From Dendrobates tinctorius (lineage: Eukaryota), in contig NW_027361767.1 of the NCBI RefSeq assembly GCF_039654945.1, positions 310,001 through 374,000 on the forward strand: a stretch of DNA of 64,000 nucleotides, in the 5' to 3' direction. The position numbers and the translations under genes are program-made. Below are positions 1 through 35,600 of the stretch, in pieces. The notes beneath the pieces were generated by a model, which had not been told where the DNA came from, ran no database searches, and saw nothing but the letters and a program-made list of their open reading frames with translations. Position 1 is the stretch's first letter, and every line of letters begins with the position of its first letter.

Positions 1-1230
1 CCTTTTACACGTGTGGCCACGCTCTGTACTCCTTGTACACACGGCTCCGCTCCGTAAACCTTGTGCACACGCGGCTCCGCTCCATACACCTCGCACACAT
101 GCGGCTCCGCTCCATACACCTCGTACACACGCGGCTCCACTCTGTATACCTCGCACACACACGGCTCCACTCCGTAAACCTCGTACACATGCGGCTCTGC
201 TCTGTACACCTTTTACACATGTGGCCACGCTCTGTACTCCTTGTACACACACGGCTCCGCTCCGTAAACCTTGTACACATGCGGCTCCGCTCCATACACC
301 TCGCACACATGCGGCTCTGCTCCATACACACGCGGCTCCGCTCTGTACACCATGTACACATGCTGCTCTGCTCCGTACAGACGCGGCTCCGCTCTGTACA
401 CCTCGCGCACACACACGGCTCCACTCAGTACACACATGGCTCCACTCCTACACATGCGGTTCTGCTCCGTACACCTTTTACACACGGACCCACGCTCTGT
501 ACACACATGGTTCCACTCACTAAACCTTGTACACATGCGGCTTTGCTCCGTACACCTCGCACACACGCGGCTCCGCTCCATACACATGCGACTCCACTCC
601 GTACACACAGGGCTCTGCTCCGCTCCAAACACACACGGCTCAGCTCCGTACACACAGGGCTCCGTTTTGTATGCCCCATACACACACAGCTCCACTCCGT
701 AAACCCGTACACGTGCAGCTCCACTCCGTACACCTTGCACACGCACAGCTCCGCTTCGTACACCTTGCACACGCGCTGCTCTGCTCCGAACAACTTGTAC
801 ATATGGGTCTGCTCCGTACACCTCGCACACGTGCGGCTCTGCTCCGTACACCTCGCACACGTGCGGCTCTGCTGCGTACACCTCGCACACGTGCGGCTCT
901 GCTGCGTACACCTCGCACACATGCGGCTCTGCTGCGTACACCTCGCACACGTGCGGCTCCACTCCGTACACCTCGCACACATGCGGCTCCGCTCCGTACA
1001 CCTCGCACACGTGCGGCTCCGCTCCGTACACCTCGCACACACACACGGCTCCACTCCGTACACCTCGCACACACACACGGCTCCGCTCCGTACACCTCGC
1101 ACACACACACGGCTCCGCTCCGTACACCTCGCACACACGGCTCCGCTCCGTACACCTCGCACACACACACGGCTCCGCTCCGTACACCTCGCACATGTGC
1201 GGCTCTGCTACATCCACCCTGTAAACCCCT
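1..1230. repeat. Minisatellite, ~30-bp unit (cggctccgctccgtacacctcgcacacatg), runs off the left edge of the window
   Basis: Directly visible tandem units; 10-aa periodicity in the overlapping spurious ORFs. Confidence 0.95.
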
Positions 1231-1344
1231 CCTGACCCCACACAGAAACTTGCCTCATTTTTCTAGATAAAGTATACAAAAAAAAATTTCCCTCATTCAG
1301 CAGGATGACAACCAACACAGCAGTCCTGCATACACTGAGGCCCC

Positions 1345-1515
1345 TGATCATGTGACCTCAACTCCTCCCCTCCTGTGACCTCATCACGGGTCCTGTGGCA
1401 AAGAATAGAACATAGTGGCAGAGCAGGGACAGAGATGATTGATAGACCGAGGGCTGATGCGCACAGGACCTGTGATGAGGTCACAGGAGGGGAGGAGTCA
1501 GGGGTCACATGATCG
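1345..1515. repeat. Inverted-repeat (MITE-like) element
   Basis: tgatcatgtgacc...ctcctgtgacctcatcac at ~1345-1400 is mirrored by gtgatgaggtcacaggag...ggtcacatgatc at ~1465-1515. Confidence 0.6.
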
Positions 1516-1542
1516 GTGGCGCTGACTCCTTCCCTCCTGTGA

Positions 1543-1805
1543 AAATGAGGATGAATGAACTCATGGAGATCAACATCCACTACTTTTACTAGGCATTGCT
1601 CCTAAAAGCCAGTTTCCTACTCCACACTGATGAGGGGCAATACCCCGAAACAGCTGTCTGTGGATGGATACCATGTTTTGGCATAGGTGGTTTCCTTCAT
1701 TGGAGACTGCCCTTCCCGTGGTTGTTCCTTCCCGGGGAAAGACCTGGCTGGTCATTGCTTGCGTTGAGAAACATGTGATGGTGTCTCCGCGGCTTCTGTT
1801 TTGCA
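1543..1805 (+). mobile_element. 263-bp hammerhead-containing retro-insertion (solo PLE pseudo-LTR or retrozyme-like)
   Basis: Flanked by a 16-bp direct repeat TCCTTCCCTCCTGTGA (1527-1542 and 1806-1821). An uninterrupted paralog of the target (ctcctcccctcctgtgacctcatca) lies at ~1363-1387. Contains a hammerhead core. Confidence 0.8.
1621..1664 (+). ncRNA. Minimal type I hammerhead ribozyme
   Basis: Stem I TCCACA/TGTGGA, core CTGATGA, stem II GGGG-caata-CCCC, GAAA, palindromic stem III AC-AGCT-GT, cleavage triplet GUC (1656-1658). Confidence 0.9.
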
Positions 1806-2258
1806 TCCTTCCCTCCTGTGACCTCATCAATTACAAGCCTTTGCACGCTACCGCAGCACCAGCATGTAGGTTAAATTGTAGGTGCTGCTGGTAGCAGAGC
1901 GCATAATGCCTCCCCCTGAGCACAGCAGCTGTCTGCCGCCTGAGCCACACGCTCAAATGGCCTCATTATAGGTGGGGCCCTGACTCCGTGCCTTTGGTAG
2001 ACGTTCACTTTTTTAATATCTCAATGATCCGCACCCAGACATCTATTGCATTTCTGGAGGTGAAAGTGACTCAATGGCCAAGTTCAAATCTCACCAAGGA
2101 CAGCTTCTGCAAGGTGTTTGCATGTTCTCCCCGTATTTGCGTGGGTTTCTTTTCACACTCCAAAGACATACTGATAGGGAATATAGAGAGTGATGGATGA
2201 TAATGTGTGTAAAGCACTGTGGAATTAATGGTGCGATATAAGCAAGTAAAATAAATGT

Positions 2259-2510
2259 GTCTCCTGATTTGACCCGACCGATCACCTGGGGAATCCTAAA
2301 GACACAAGTTGTCATCACTCTCCATCCAGCGTCCAGGCCCTAAGAGAGGTCGTCCTTGAAGAATGGACGAGGATAGATGTAATATGTCACCAACTTGTTC
2401 CTTCCAGGCCTAGAAGACTTGGTGCTGTCCTTAATAATCATGAAAGTCATACGCAATACTAAATGTCGGCGTTTTTGATGTCGGGTGTACTCATTTTTGC
2501 ATCAACCTAA
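2259..2510 (+). mobile_element. Degenerate Tc1-type transposon 3' fragment
   Basis: Translates (with frameshifts) to SPDL..., LWGILK..., ALREVVLEEW..., PRRLGAVL...H..Y-stop, the typical Tc1 transposase C-terminus, followed by TIR-like sequence. Confidence 0.65.
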
Positions 2511-3186
2511 TGAGAGTAAAACTAAACCTTACTATCATGTTATGGGGTGAAAAAAATGTTCTATGAAGCTTCGTCTTGTCAAAATTTTGGAGATTGTTAC
2601 ACATTATGATGTACAGTTCCGTCTTGGTGATAATAGCCGAGCTCCTGCAGTAACAGCCTAAATCAATAGTGATAGCCTGTGAGATGGGAGGGGCTCACTC
2701 TCCTGCCCCATCAGGTCCCCCGCAACTGAATTGTAGGGAGCCGAATGTTGTACATCCGGGTCTACCAGGTACAGTGCCTGGATAGGTCCTGCCATAAGTA
2801 GTTCAGTGCGACACCGACAGGTCTAATATCCTGCAATGCAATGCATATTAGGCCAGTAATCAGAAGTTCAAGTCCCATAGGAAGACTAAGTTAAGAAAAT
2901 GTTGGAAAAAAATGTAAAAGAAAAAAAATCACAAAAAAATAGTTTTGTCAATAACTATACATTTTTTATGTGATTAAAACATAAAAAAAATATTACATAT
3001 TTGGTATTGCTGCATTCAGAACAACCAGATCTAGAAACCAGCCTAACTACTAAACATATAGAGTGAACACCTTAAAAAAATTATGGCAAATTTTTTTTTT
3101 CTCCCGATTTTCCACTACACAAAAAGTAAAAAAAAAGTTGTACATAAATAAAAATGTCAGCATAAAAGCTTTGGCGGTCAGAATAA

Positions 3187-3805
3187 AGTCCCCGTCACAC
3201 ACAGCGATCTTGCTAGCGAGATTGCTGCTGAGTCACAAGTTTTGTGACGCAACAACGATCTCACCAACGAGATCACTGTGTGTGACACTTCTCAGCGACC
3301 ACCCCCCCCCCCCCCGCCGGGTATCGCTGATCATCTTGGAATGGCCTGGACATTTTTTGATCACTGGACTCCCGCTGGTCAGCACGCATCGCTGCGTGTG
3401 ACAGGCGGGAGACCAGCGATCAGCGAGCTGGAAACCAAGGTAAACATCGGGTTTCTAAGCGCCGGGCGGCGCTTAGAAACCTGATGTGTACCTTAGTTAC
3501 CAGCGCGCTGGTGCAGGGAGCTGGTAACCAAGGTACACATCGGGTTTCTAAGCGCCGGGTGGCGCTTAGAAACCCGATGTGTACCTTGGGTACCAGCTCC
3601 CTGCACCAGCGCGCTGGTAACTAAGGTACACAGTGGGTAACTAAGCGACGTGCGTTGCTTGTTACCCGTGTGTCGTTGTCCTGATCGCTGGTGAAGCTGC
3701 CTGTTTAGCAGCTCACCAGCGATCATGTAAGCGACACACCAGCGATCCTGACAAGTTCATATCGTTGTGGGGATTGCTGGTGAGTCGCTATGTGTGACGG
3801 GGCCC
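3187..3805. mobile_element. PIF/Harbinger-type MITE
   Basis: TAA TSD (3184-3186 and 3806-3808); TIRs AGTCCCCGTCACACA / TGTGTGACGGGGCCC; internal palindromes; same family at 9663 and 21437. Confidence 0.85.
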
Positions 3806-4034
3806 TAAGGTAGTGTACAAACAACTTGGTTTTCCTGCAGAATTGTTCTTAGTGGGGAAAAAGCAGCAGAAAATAAAAAAAAAATCTGCATAAAACTGGT
3901 ATCGCTGTAATCGTACTGTCCGGAAGAATAAACTTGCCTAATCATTTTTTCCGCACGACGAACCACGTAAAAAATAAATAAAATCAATTCATCACTTGCT
4001 GTTGACTTGTTTATTCTGCTGCCAGATCACGTAA

Positions 4035-4425
4035 AGCTTGGCTCACATTTATCCTGTGCTCTACGCTGAGCGCTTACACCAGGGTTTCTGCCTAAATCAT
4101 CAAAAAAATATGATACAGACAAAATCCTTGACGGATCCATTCACTATAATGAGGTATTTGGAGTCACTTTGGACCTTGTGTAGTCCATGATCTGGAGGTG
4201 TCATTTTTAGGATTGCATAAAAGCACAGTTGACCATAGTTTTCTGCACCTCTAGAAAGACTGGCACCACTGAACAGAGGCCAAACATAGTCTAGAGTAAC
4301 TCTGCTGCCTCATTATAGTGATTGGATCTTTCAGGGGTTTCTTCTGAATCATGTCACTCAGAGATTTAGATGGAAACCCCGTTGTAAGTGCTCAGTGTAG
4401 AGTGCCGGATAAATGTGATCCCAAA
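4035..4425. mobile_element. Palindromic MITE (Harbinger-like)
   Basis: tcacatttatcc...ctgagcgcttac mirrored by gtaagtgctcag...ggataaatgtga; ends are degenerate. Confidence 0.55.
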
Positions 4426-4643
4426 TGTTATGTAAAATGTTCCCAACAAAACATTTCTACTCAATCCACAAAAAAAGAAAGTCCCCACTCAGGTCCGTCA
4501 TCTGTTAACGGAAATATAGTGGGCTTCCATGTCACTGGTTGCACAAAGGCTCTGGAAAAGTGCTATGGCTTCTAGTCCCCCAAAAGAAAGCAAATTCACA
4601 AATCCAAATGCCCCCCTCTCTTCTGAGCACCACAGTAGCCTAA

Positions 4644-4824
4644 GGCCGGGGTCACACATGTGAGAAACAAGCACGAACCTCGTGTCTCAATACCCGACAC
4701 TCGGGACTGGAGTGTGCGGCTGCATGTATTTCTATGCAGCTGAGAGCTCCAGTCCGAGTGCCGGCGGCATTGCCGGGTATTGAGATGCGAGACTCGTGCG
4801 AGTTTCTCTCGTGTGACTCCGTTC
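4644..4824. mobile_element. PIF/Harbinger-type MITE
   Basis: TAA TSD on both sides; TIRs GGCCGGGGTCACAC / GTGTGACTCCGTTC. Confidence 0.75.
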
Positions 4825-5308
4825 TAAATCACATTTAGTGTCCAAATCTTTGTCATTACTGTAGTGACGAGAGCCCGCCTAATTTAAAGGTTGCGTGTCT
4901 CCAGCACAAGCTGTGCATAATATACAGGCTCTACAACGTACTGGGCACTACAATGGCATATTTGCAATTTTCGCTCTGCAACATCCACTGCTGCTTGTTT
5001 CTGGAAAACATCCATGGAGTAAAATCATCACTACACCTGTAAATGAGTTCCCAGAAGGGTGTAATTTAAAATAAGGGATCACTTGAGGAGGGAGGCATTT
5101 AGGAGCTCTGTATATGGAGTCTCAACTATTGTAGGAAAATCTGGCTAGCAATGACCTGGGTATAGGGACTGGATGGAACGGTGATTGTAAAAGGGTTTTC
5201 TAAGAAAGACGAAGTTTGTCCACATGGCACACAGATATCATACAGGGGAGTTCTTTGCTCCATGAGTTGAGGAGAGGCGAGTGATAAAAATCTTGGATTA
5301 TTACTCAC

Positions 5309-28819
<23,511 letters not shown>

Positions 28820-29439
28820 TGCTTCATAAACCTACGAAAAGAAAACCTCAGCAGTAAATCATCTGTCTGGATCCTCCCTCCTCTGCCCAAACACTATGAC
28901 CGGGGGCAGCCGGTGGAGAGGCCAGATGCCCCCACCGCCAGATTGCCCACAGGTCACTGCATAAATACGTGAAAACTGCAGATCAATATCCGTATTCTCT
29001 GCAGAGATGCAATCAGTCACAGGCCCAAAGCCTGAGGCTGCACTACTGAGAAACCAATGGCGGCCACGCTCTAGAGCAGCCCCAGACACGTGACTTGGGG
29101 GCACAAAAGTAACGCAGCTCTGCACTAACCGTGGCCCCCTGGTCAGCAGAGAGGGGCCACCGAGAAAGTGATGACTGGCGAGGCTGGTGCACAAAGCTGA
29201 CCTCCCTATAACACTGTGTATATGGCTGTATATGTGTCAGTGGTTGGACAGACAGCTGAGCGCATTCACACCGGGGGCGCCCCCGCAGAGCCGCGCCTCA
29301 CTGCTAGTCTGAACGGGCGGATACAAAGAGCCGGCTCTGCCGTGAGAACAAGCCGAGGTTTATTATCCTGGTGCCTTACTGAAGCGAGACTGACTGTGAC
29401 TCATCTGGGAGGAGCAGTCAGGAGGAGTCGGTGCTGCAC

Positions 29440-29640
29440 AGAGGCCACACTGCCCACAGGCACCGCCCACCTCTCTACCCGCAGCTCTTCCCGCCTTGGC
29501 CGACAAACCATCACGTGACGTGTTAAGCTTAGGAAGCCGAAGGGCACCTCGGGAGTTGTAGTTGTGCTGCAGTCACGTGACGCCGGACGCGGAAGTAGTG
29601 TTCGGTAAATTCGTACTTGATTGATTTCACCGTGCTAAAG
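29440..29640. promoter_or_regulatory. Bidirectional CpG-rich promoter of BRME1 and CC2D1A
   Basis: Two TCACGTGAC E-boxes (~29511, ~29573), a ZNF143-type GGGAGTTGTAGT (29551-29562) and ETS CGGAAGT (~29590) between divergent genes. Confidence 0.75.
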
Positions 29641-29643
29641 AGG

Positions 29644-32600
29644 ATGAGCGGCTGGAGAGAGGCACGGGGAGAAGGAAAAGGGAAGACGGCGGCGCCGCTA
29701 CACAAAGGGGTGAGGGGATCAGTATGGAAGGCGTACTGCGTATATACACAGGCACCTACCTGTCATTACCGTATATACACACACGGGCACCTACCTGTCA
29801 TTACCGTATATACGCACACGGGCACCTACCTGTCATTACCGTATATACACACACGGGCACCTACCTGTCATTACCGTATATACGCACACGGGCACCTACC
29901 TGTCATTACCGTATATACACACACGGGCACCTACCTGTCATTACCGTATATACGCACACGGGCACCTACCTGTCATTACCGTATATACGCACACGGGCAC
30001 CTACCTGTCATTACCGTATATACGCACACGGGCACCTACCTGTCATTACCGTATATACGCACACGGGCATCTACCTGTCATTACCGTATATACTGTACGG
30101 GCACCTACCTGTCATTACCGTTTATATACGCACACGGGCACCTACCTGTCATTACCGTATATACGCACACGGGCACCTACCTGTCATTACCGTATATACA
30201 CACACGGGCACCTACCTGTCATTACCGTATATACGCACACGGGCACCTACCTGTCATTACCGTATATACGCACACGGGCACCTACCTGTCATTACCGTAT
30301 ATACGCACACAGGCACCTACCTGTCATTACCGTATATACTGTACGGGCACCTACCTGTCATTACCGTTTATATACGCACACGGGCACCTACCTGTCATTA
30401 CCGTATATACGCACACGGGCACCTACCTGTCATTACCGTATATACACACACGGGCACCTACCTGTCATTACCGTATATACGCACACGGGCACCTACCTGT
30501 CATTACCGTATATACACACACGGGCACCTACCTGTCATTACCGTAAATACACACACGGGCACCTACCTGTCATTACCGTATATACGCACACGGGCACCTA
30601 CCTGTCATTACCGTATATACACACACGGGCACCTACCTGTCATTACCGTATATACGCACACGGGCACCTACCTGTCATTACCGTATATACGCACACGGGC
30701 ACCTACCTGTCATTACCGTATATACACACACGGGCACCTACCTGTCATTACCGTATATACACACACGGGCACCTACCTGTCATTACCGTTTATATACGCA
30801 CACGGGCACCTACCTGTCATTACCGTATATACGCACACGGGCACCTACCTGTCATTACCGTATATACTCACACGGGCACCTACCTGTCATTACCGTTTAT
30901 ATACGCACACGGGCACCTACCTGTCATTACCGTTTATATACGCACACGGGCACCTACCTGTCATTACCATATATACTGTACGGGCACCTACCTGTCATTA
31001 CCGTTTATATACGCACACGGGCACCTACCTGTCATTACCGTATATACACACACGGGCACCTACCTGTCATTACCGTATATACACACACGGGCACCTACCT
31101 GTCATTACCGTATATACACACACGGGCACCTACCTGTCATTACCGTATATACACGGGCACCTACCTGTCATTACCGTATATACGCACACGGGCACCTACC
31201 TGTCATTACCGTATATACGCACACGGGCACCTACCTGTCATTACCGTATATACACACACGGGCACCTACCTGTCATTACCGTTTATATACGCACACGGGC
31301 ACCTACCTGTCATTACCGTATATACACACACGGGCACCTACCTGTCATTACCGTATATACACAGGCACCTACCTGTCATTACCGTATATACACACACGGG
31401 CACCTACCTGTCATTACCGTATATACACACACGGGCACCTACCTGTCATTACCGTATATACACAGGCACCTACCTGTCATTACCGTATATACGCACACGG
31501 GCACCTACCTGTCATTACCGTATATACACGGGCACCTACCTGTCATTACCGTATATACACGGGCACCTACCTGTCATTACCGTATATACACACACGGGCA
31601 CCTACCTGTCATTACCGTATATACACACACGGGCACCTACCTGTCATTACCGTATATACACGGGCACCTACCTGTCATTACCGTATATACGCACACGGGC
31701 ACCTACCTGTCATTACCGTATATACGCACACTGGCACCTACCTGTCATTACCGTATATACGCACACGGGCACCTACCTGTCATTACCGTTTATATACGCA
31801 CACGGACACCTACCTGTCATTACCGTATATACTGTACGGGCACCTACCTGTCATTACCGTATATACACACACGGGCACCTACCTGTCATTACCGCATATA
31901 CACACACGGGCACCTACCTGTCATTACCGTATATACTGTACGGGCACCTACCTGTCATTACCGTTTATATACGCACACGGGCACCTACCTGTCATTACCG
32001 TATATACTGTACGGGCACCTACCTGTCATTACCGTATATACACACACGGGCACCTACCTGTCATTACCGTATATACACACACGGGCACCTACCTGTCATT
32101 ACCGTATATACGCACACAGGCACCTACCTGTCATTACCGTATATACGCACACAGGCACCTACCTGTCATTACCGTATATACACACACGGGCACCTACCTG
32201 TCATTACCGTATATACGCACACAGGCACCTATCTGTCATTACCGTATATACTGTACGGGCACCTACCTGTCATTACCGTATATACACACACGGGCACCTA
32301 CCTGTCATTACCGTATATACACACACGGGCACCTACCTGTCATTACCGTATATACACACACAGGCACCTATCTGTCATTACCGTATATACTGTACGGGCA
32401 CCTACCTGTCATTACCGTATATACACACACGGGCACCTACCTGTCATTACCGTATACACACACACGGGCACCTATCTGTCATTACCGTATATACTGTACG
32501 GGCACCTACCTGTCATTACCGTATATACACACACGGGCACCTACCTGTCATTACCGTATATACAGACACGGGCACCTACCTGTCATTACCGTATATACAC

Positions 32601-35600
32601 ACACGGGCACCTACCTGTCATTACCGTATATACGCACACGGGCACCTATCTGTCATTACCGTATATACTGTACGGGCACCTATCTGTCATTACCGTATAT
32701 ACTGTACGGGCACCTACCTGTCATTACCGTATATACACACACGGGCACCTACCTGTCATTACCGTATATACGCACACGGGCACCTACCTGTCATTACCGT
32801 ATATACGCACACGGGCACCTACCTGTCATTACCGTGTATACACACACGGGCACCTACCTGTCATTACCGTATATACACACACGGGCACCTACCTGTCATT
32901 ACCGTATATACACACACGGGCACCTACCTGTCATTACCGTATATACGCACACGGGCACCTATCTGTCATTACCGTATATACTGTACGGGCACCTACCTGT
33001 CATTACCGTATATACGCACACGGGCACCTACCTGTCATTACCGTATATACACACACGGGCACCTACCTGTCATTACCGTATATACTGTACGGGCACCTAC
33101 CTGTCATTACCGTATATACGCACACGGGCACCTACCTGTCATTACCGTATATACGCACACGGGCACCTACCTGTCATTACCGTATATACGCACACGGGCA
33201 CCTATCTGTCATTACCGTATATACTGTACGGGCACCTACCTGTCATTACCGTATATACGCACACGGGCACCTACCTGTCATTACCGTATATACGCACACG
33301 GGCACCTACCTGTCATTACCGTATATACGCACACGGGCACCTACCTGTCATTACCGTATATACTGTACGGGCACCTACCTGTCATTACCGTATATACGCA
33401 CACGGGCACCTACCTGTCATTACCGTATATACGCACACGGGCACCTACCTGTCATTACCGTATATACTGTACGGGCACCTACCTGTCATTACCGTATATA
33501 CGCACACGGGCACCTACCTGTCATTACCGTATATACGCACACGGGCACCTACCTGTCATTACCGTATATACGCACACGGGCACCTATCTGTCATTACCGT
33601 ATATACTGTACGGGCACCTACCTGTCATTACCGTATATACGCACACGGGCACCTACCTGTCATTACCGTATATACGCACACGGGCACCTACCTGTCATTA
33701 CCGTATATACGCACACGGGCACCTACCTGTCATTACCGTATATACTGTACGGGCACCTACCTGTCAGTGCTGTGTTTTCCCTCACGTCCTGTATCATGTG
33801 ATATCACCGTTCTTGCCCTTCGCTGTGTCTGCTCCCTCAGGCCCCGTTCCTCCTCGGTTTTCCAGATGCTGGAGACTCAGATGATGACGGAAGTCTGGAA
33901 GCCGAGCTTATGGCCATCACTGGGGCGAACAAAGCTGCACGGAAGGAGAAGTCCAAAGGAAAAAGTGAGTAATGGGCGATTTCCTGCACATGTCCTATGA
34001 TAGTTCTGTTCGTCCAGCGGCAACACATTGGGTCCAGGAGAACTTGGAGCGTTGGACTGTAACTCCCAACTTGTCGGGGAGTCACATGTATGTTCGGACC
34101 GTGCTCAGTAATCACAGACTGTCGTGTAACTTGTACAAGGATATGCTGTCCCCAGTTTTCATTAATGGTTTGCCCCCCCCTCCGTTCTCCCTCCAGCCCC
34201 CCTCCCTATGGAGCATATTGAGCGCATGGCCGCCCTCTGTATGCAGGATGTGGACGAGGACATTGATGACGACATGAATGACGATGAAGACTTGATGGTG
34301 AGTCCAGAGTCCTGGCCATACACATCAGAGAGCTGTCAGTCGAGCTCAGTGGAGAGGGGAGCGAGTACTCAGCCGGCAGCCCTCATGGAGGGCGTACAAT
34401 GGGATTCATGTGCGGGGATTGTTACCTTCGCAGATCTGACCATCAGCTCTCTGTGTCATCGACAGGCAGAACTAAATGAGGTCCTGGGAGAGGAGGACGA
34501 AGAACCGAAAGTGACAACTCCCCCCTCACAGGTATAAATGTTCAGTGCTCGTGCCAACCCCAAAAATCCTGTTGCACCTAGTGCTAACTTGTGGTGGTCT
34601 TTTGTGTCCCCCTTAGGCTGCGCCTGCTTTAGCGGGCAGCATGGAGGGCACGGTGCTGGACCGTCTGTCCATGTACAAGGAAGCACTGAGTAATGCCAAG
34701 CAGGCCGGAGAAGGAAGCAAAGTCCGGAGATACGAGCGCGGCGTGAAGGTGCGCTGCCCTGCCGTTAGTGCCCCCTCGTACCCTCTGCCCGACATTCCCT
34801 CACCCTCTCTCTATCTACCAGACTCTGGAGGACATGCTGCGTACGGTCAAGAAGGGCGGCTCAGTGGCCACAGAAGATATCCCACCTCCGGTGGCAGTCG
34901 GCAAAAACCCCAGTGCTCCCGCAATCCAACCAAGTGTCGTCATCACGCCGGACCCCCCCGCTGTGAACGGAATACCAGCAAAGACCCCTCCGCCGGTGGC
35001 CATCAAACCTCAGAGCTTTCTGCAGCCTGTGACCATCGCTGCCCCCATCACCTCGTCTGCCCCAGCCACGCCAAGCCCAGGTAACCAGCGGAGAGTATGT
35101 CCCCATAGTACAGGGGCAACCTCACGATGGGCCGCGTGTAACGGGGTCACTCTATCCTCGCAGCATCGGATGAGAACAAGACACGAGTGATGGATCTGCA
35201 GAGAGAATATAAACTGGCGGCCATTCAAAGCAAGCAGCAGGGTGACACCGAGCAGGCCACCAAGTATTACCGCGTGGCCAAGGTAAGTACACCCGCCTCT
35301 GGGAAAGCTGGGTGCGCCCACTGTACCGAGTGTCACCCAGCTTTCCCGAAGTCTGTCCCTAATGGCAGCCATATTGCTTGTTGCCCAACTTTCATCCCCG
35401 TCCTCCTTCCTACAGTCTCTGGATCTCATGTTGTCTGCATTAGATTCTGGAAAGATGGTGGAGCTGGACAGTCTCCCCCCTCCACCAGGTGAGTCCCCAT
35501 TATTAGTTAAAAAGGCATCCTTTTTTTCCCCCAAAACAGCGCCACACCCGTCTGCTGGTTGTGACCGGTATTGCACCTCCGATCCATTTAAGTGAATAGG

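Noticed and set aside
5-1270. Overlapping ORFs of 139-400 aa on both strands
   Set aside because: Translations of a stop-poor 30-bp minisatellite
29724-34000. 1386-aa and other long ORFs; regular repeats superficially like a CRISPR array
   Set aside because: Head-to-tail 35-bp units with no unique spacers and no cas genes, inside a eukaryotic intron
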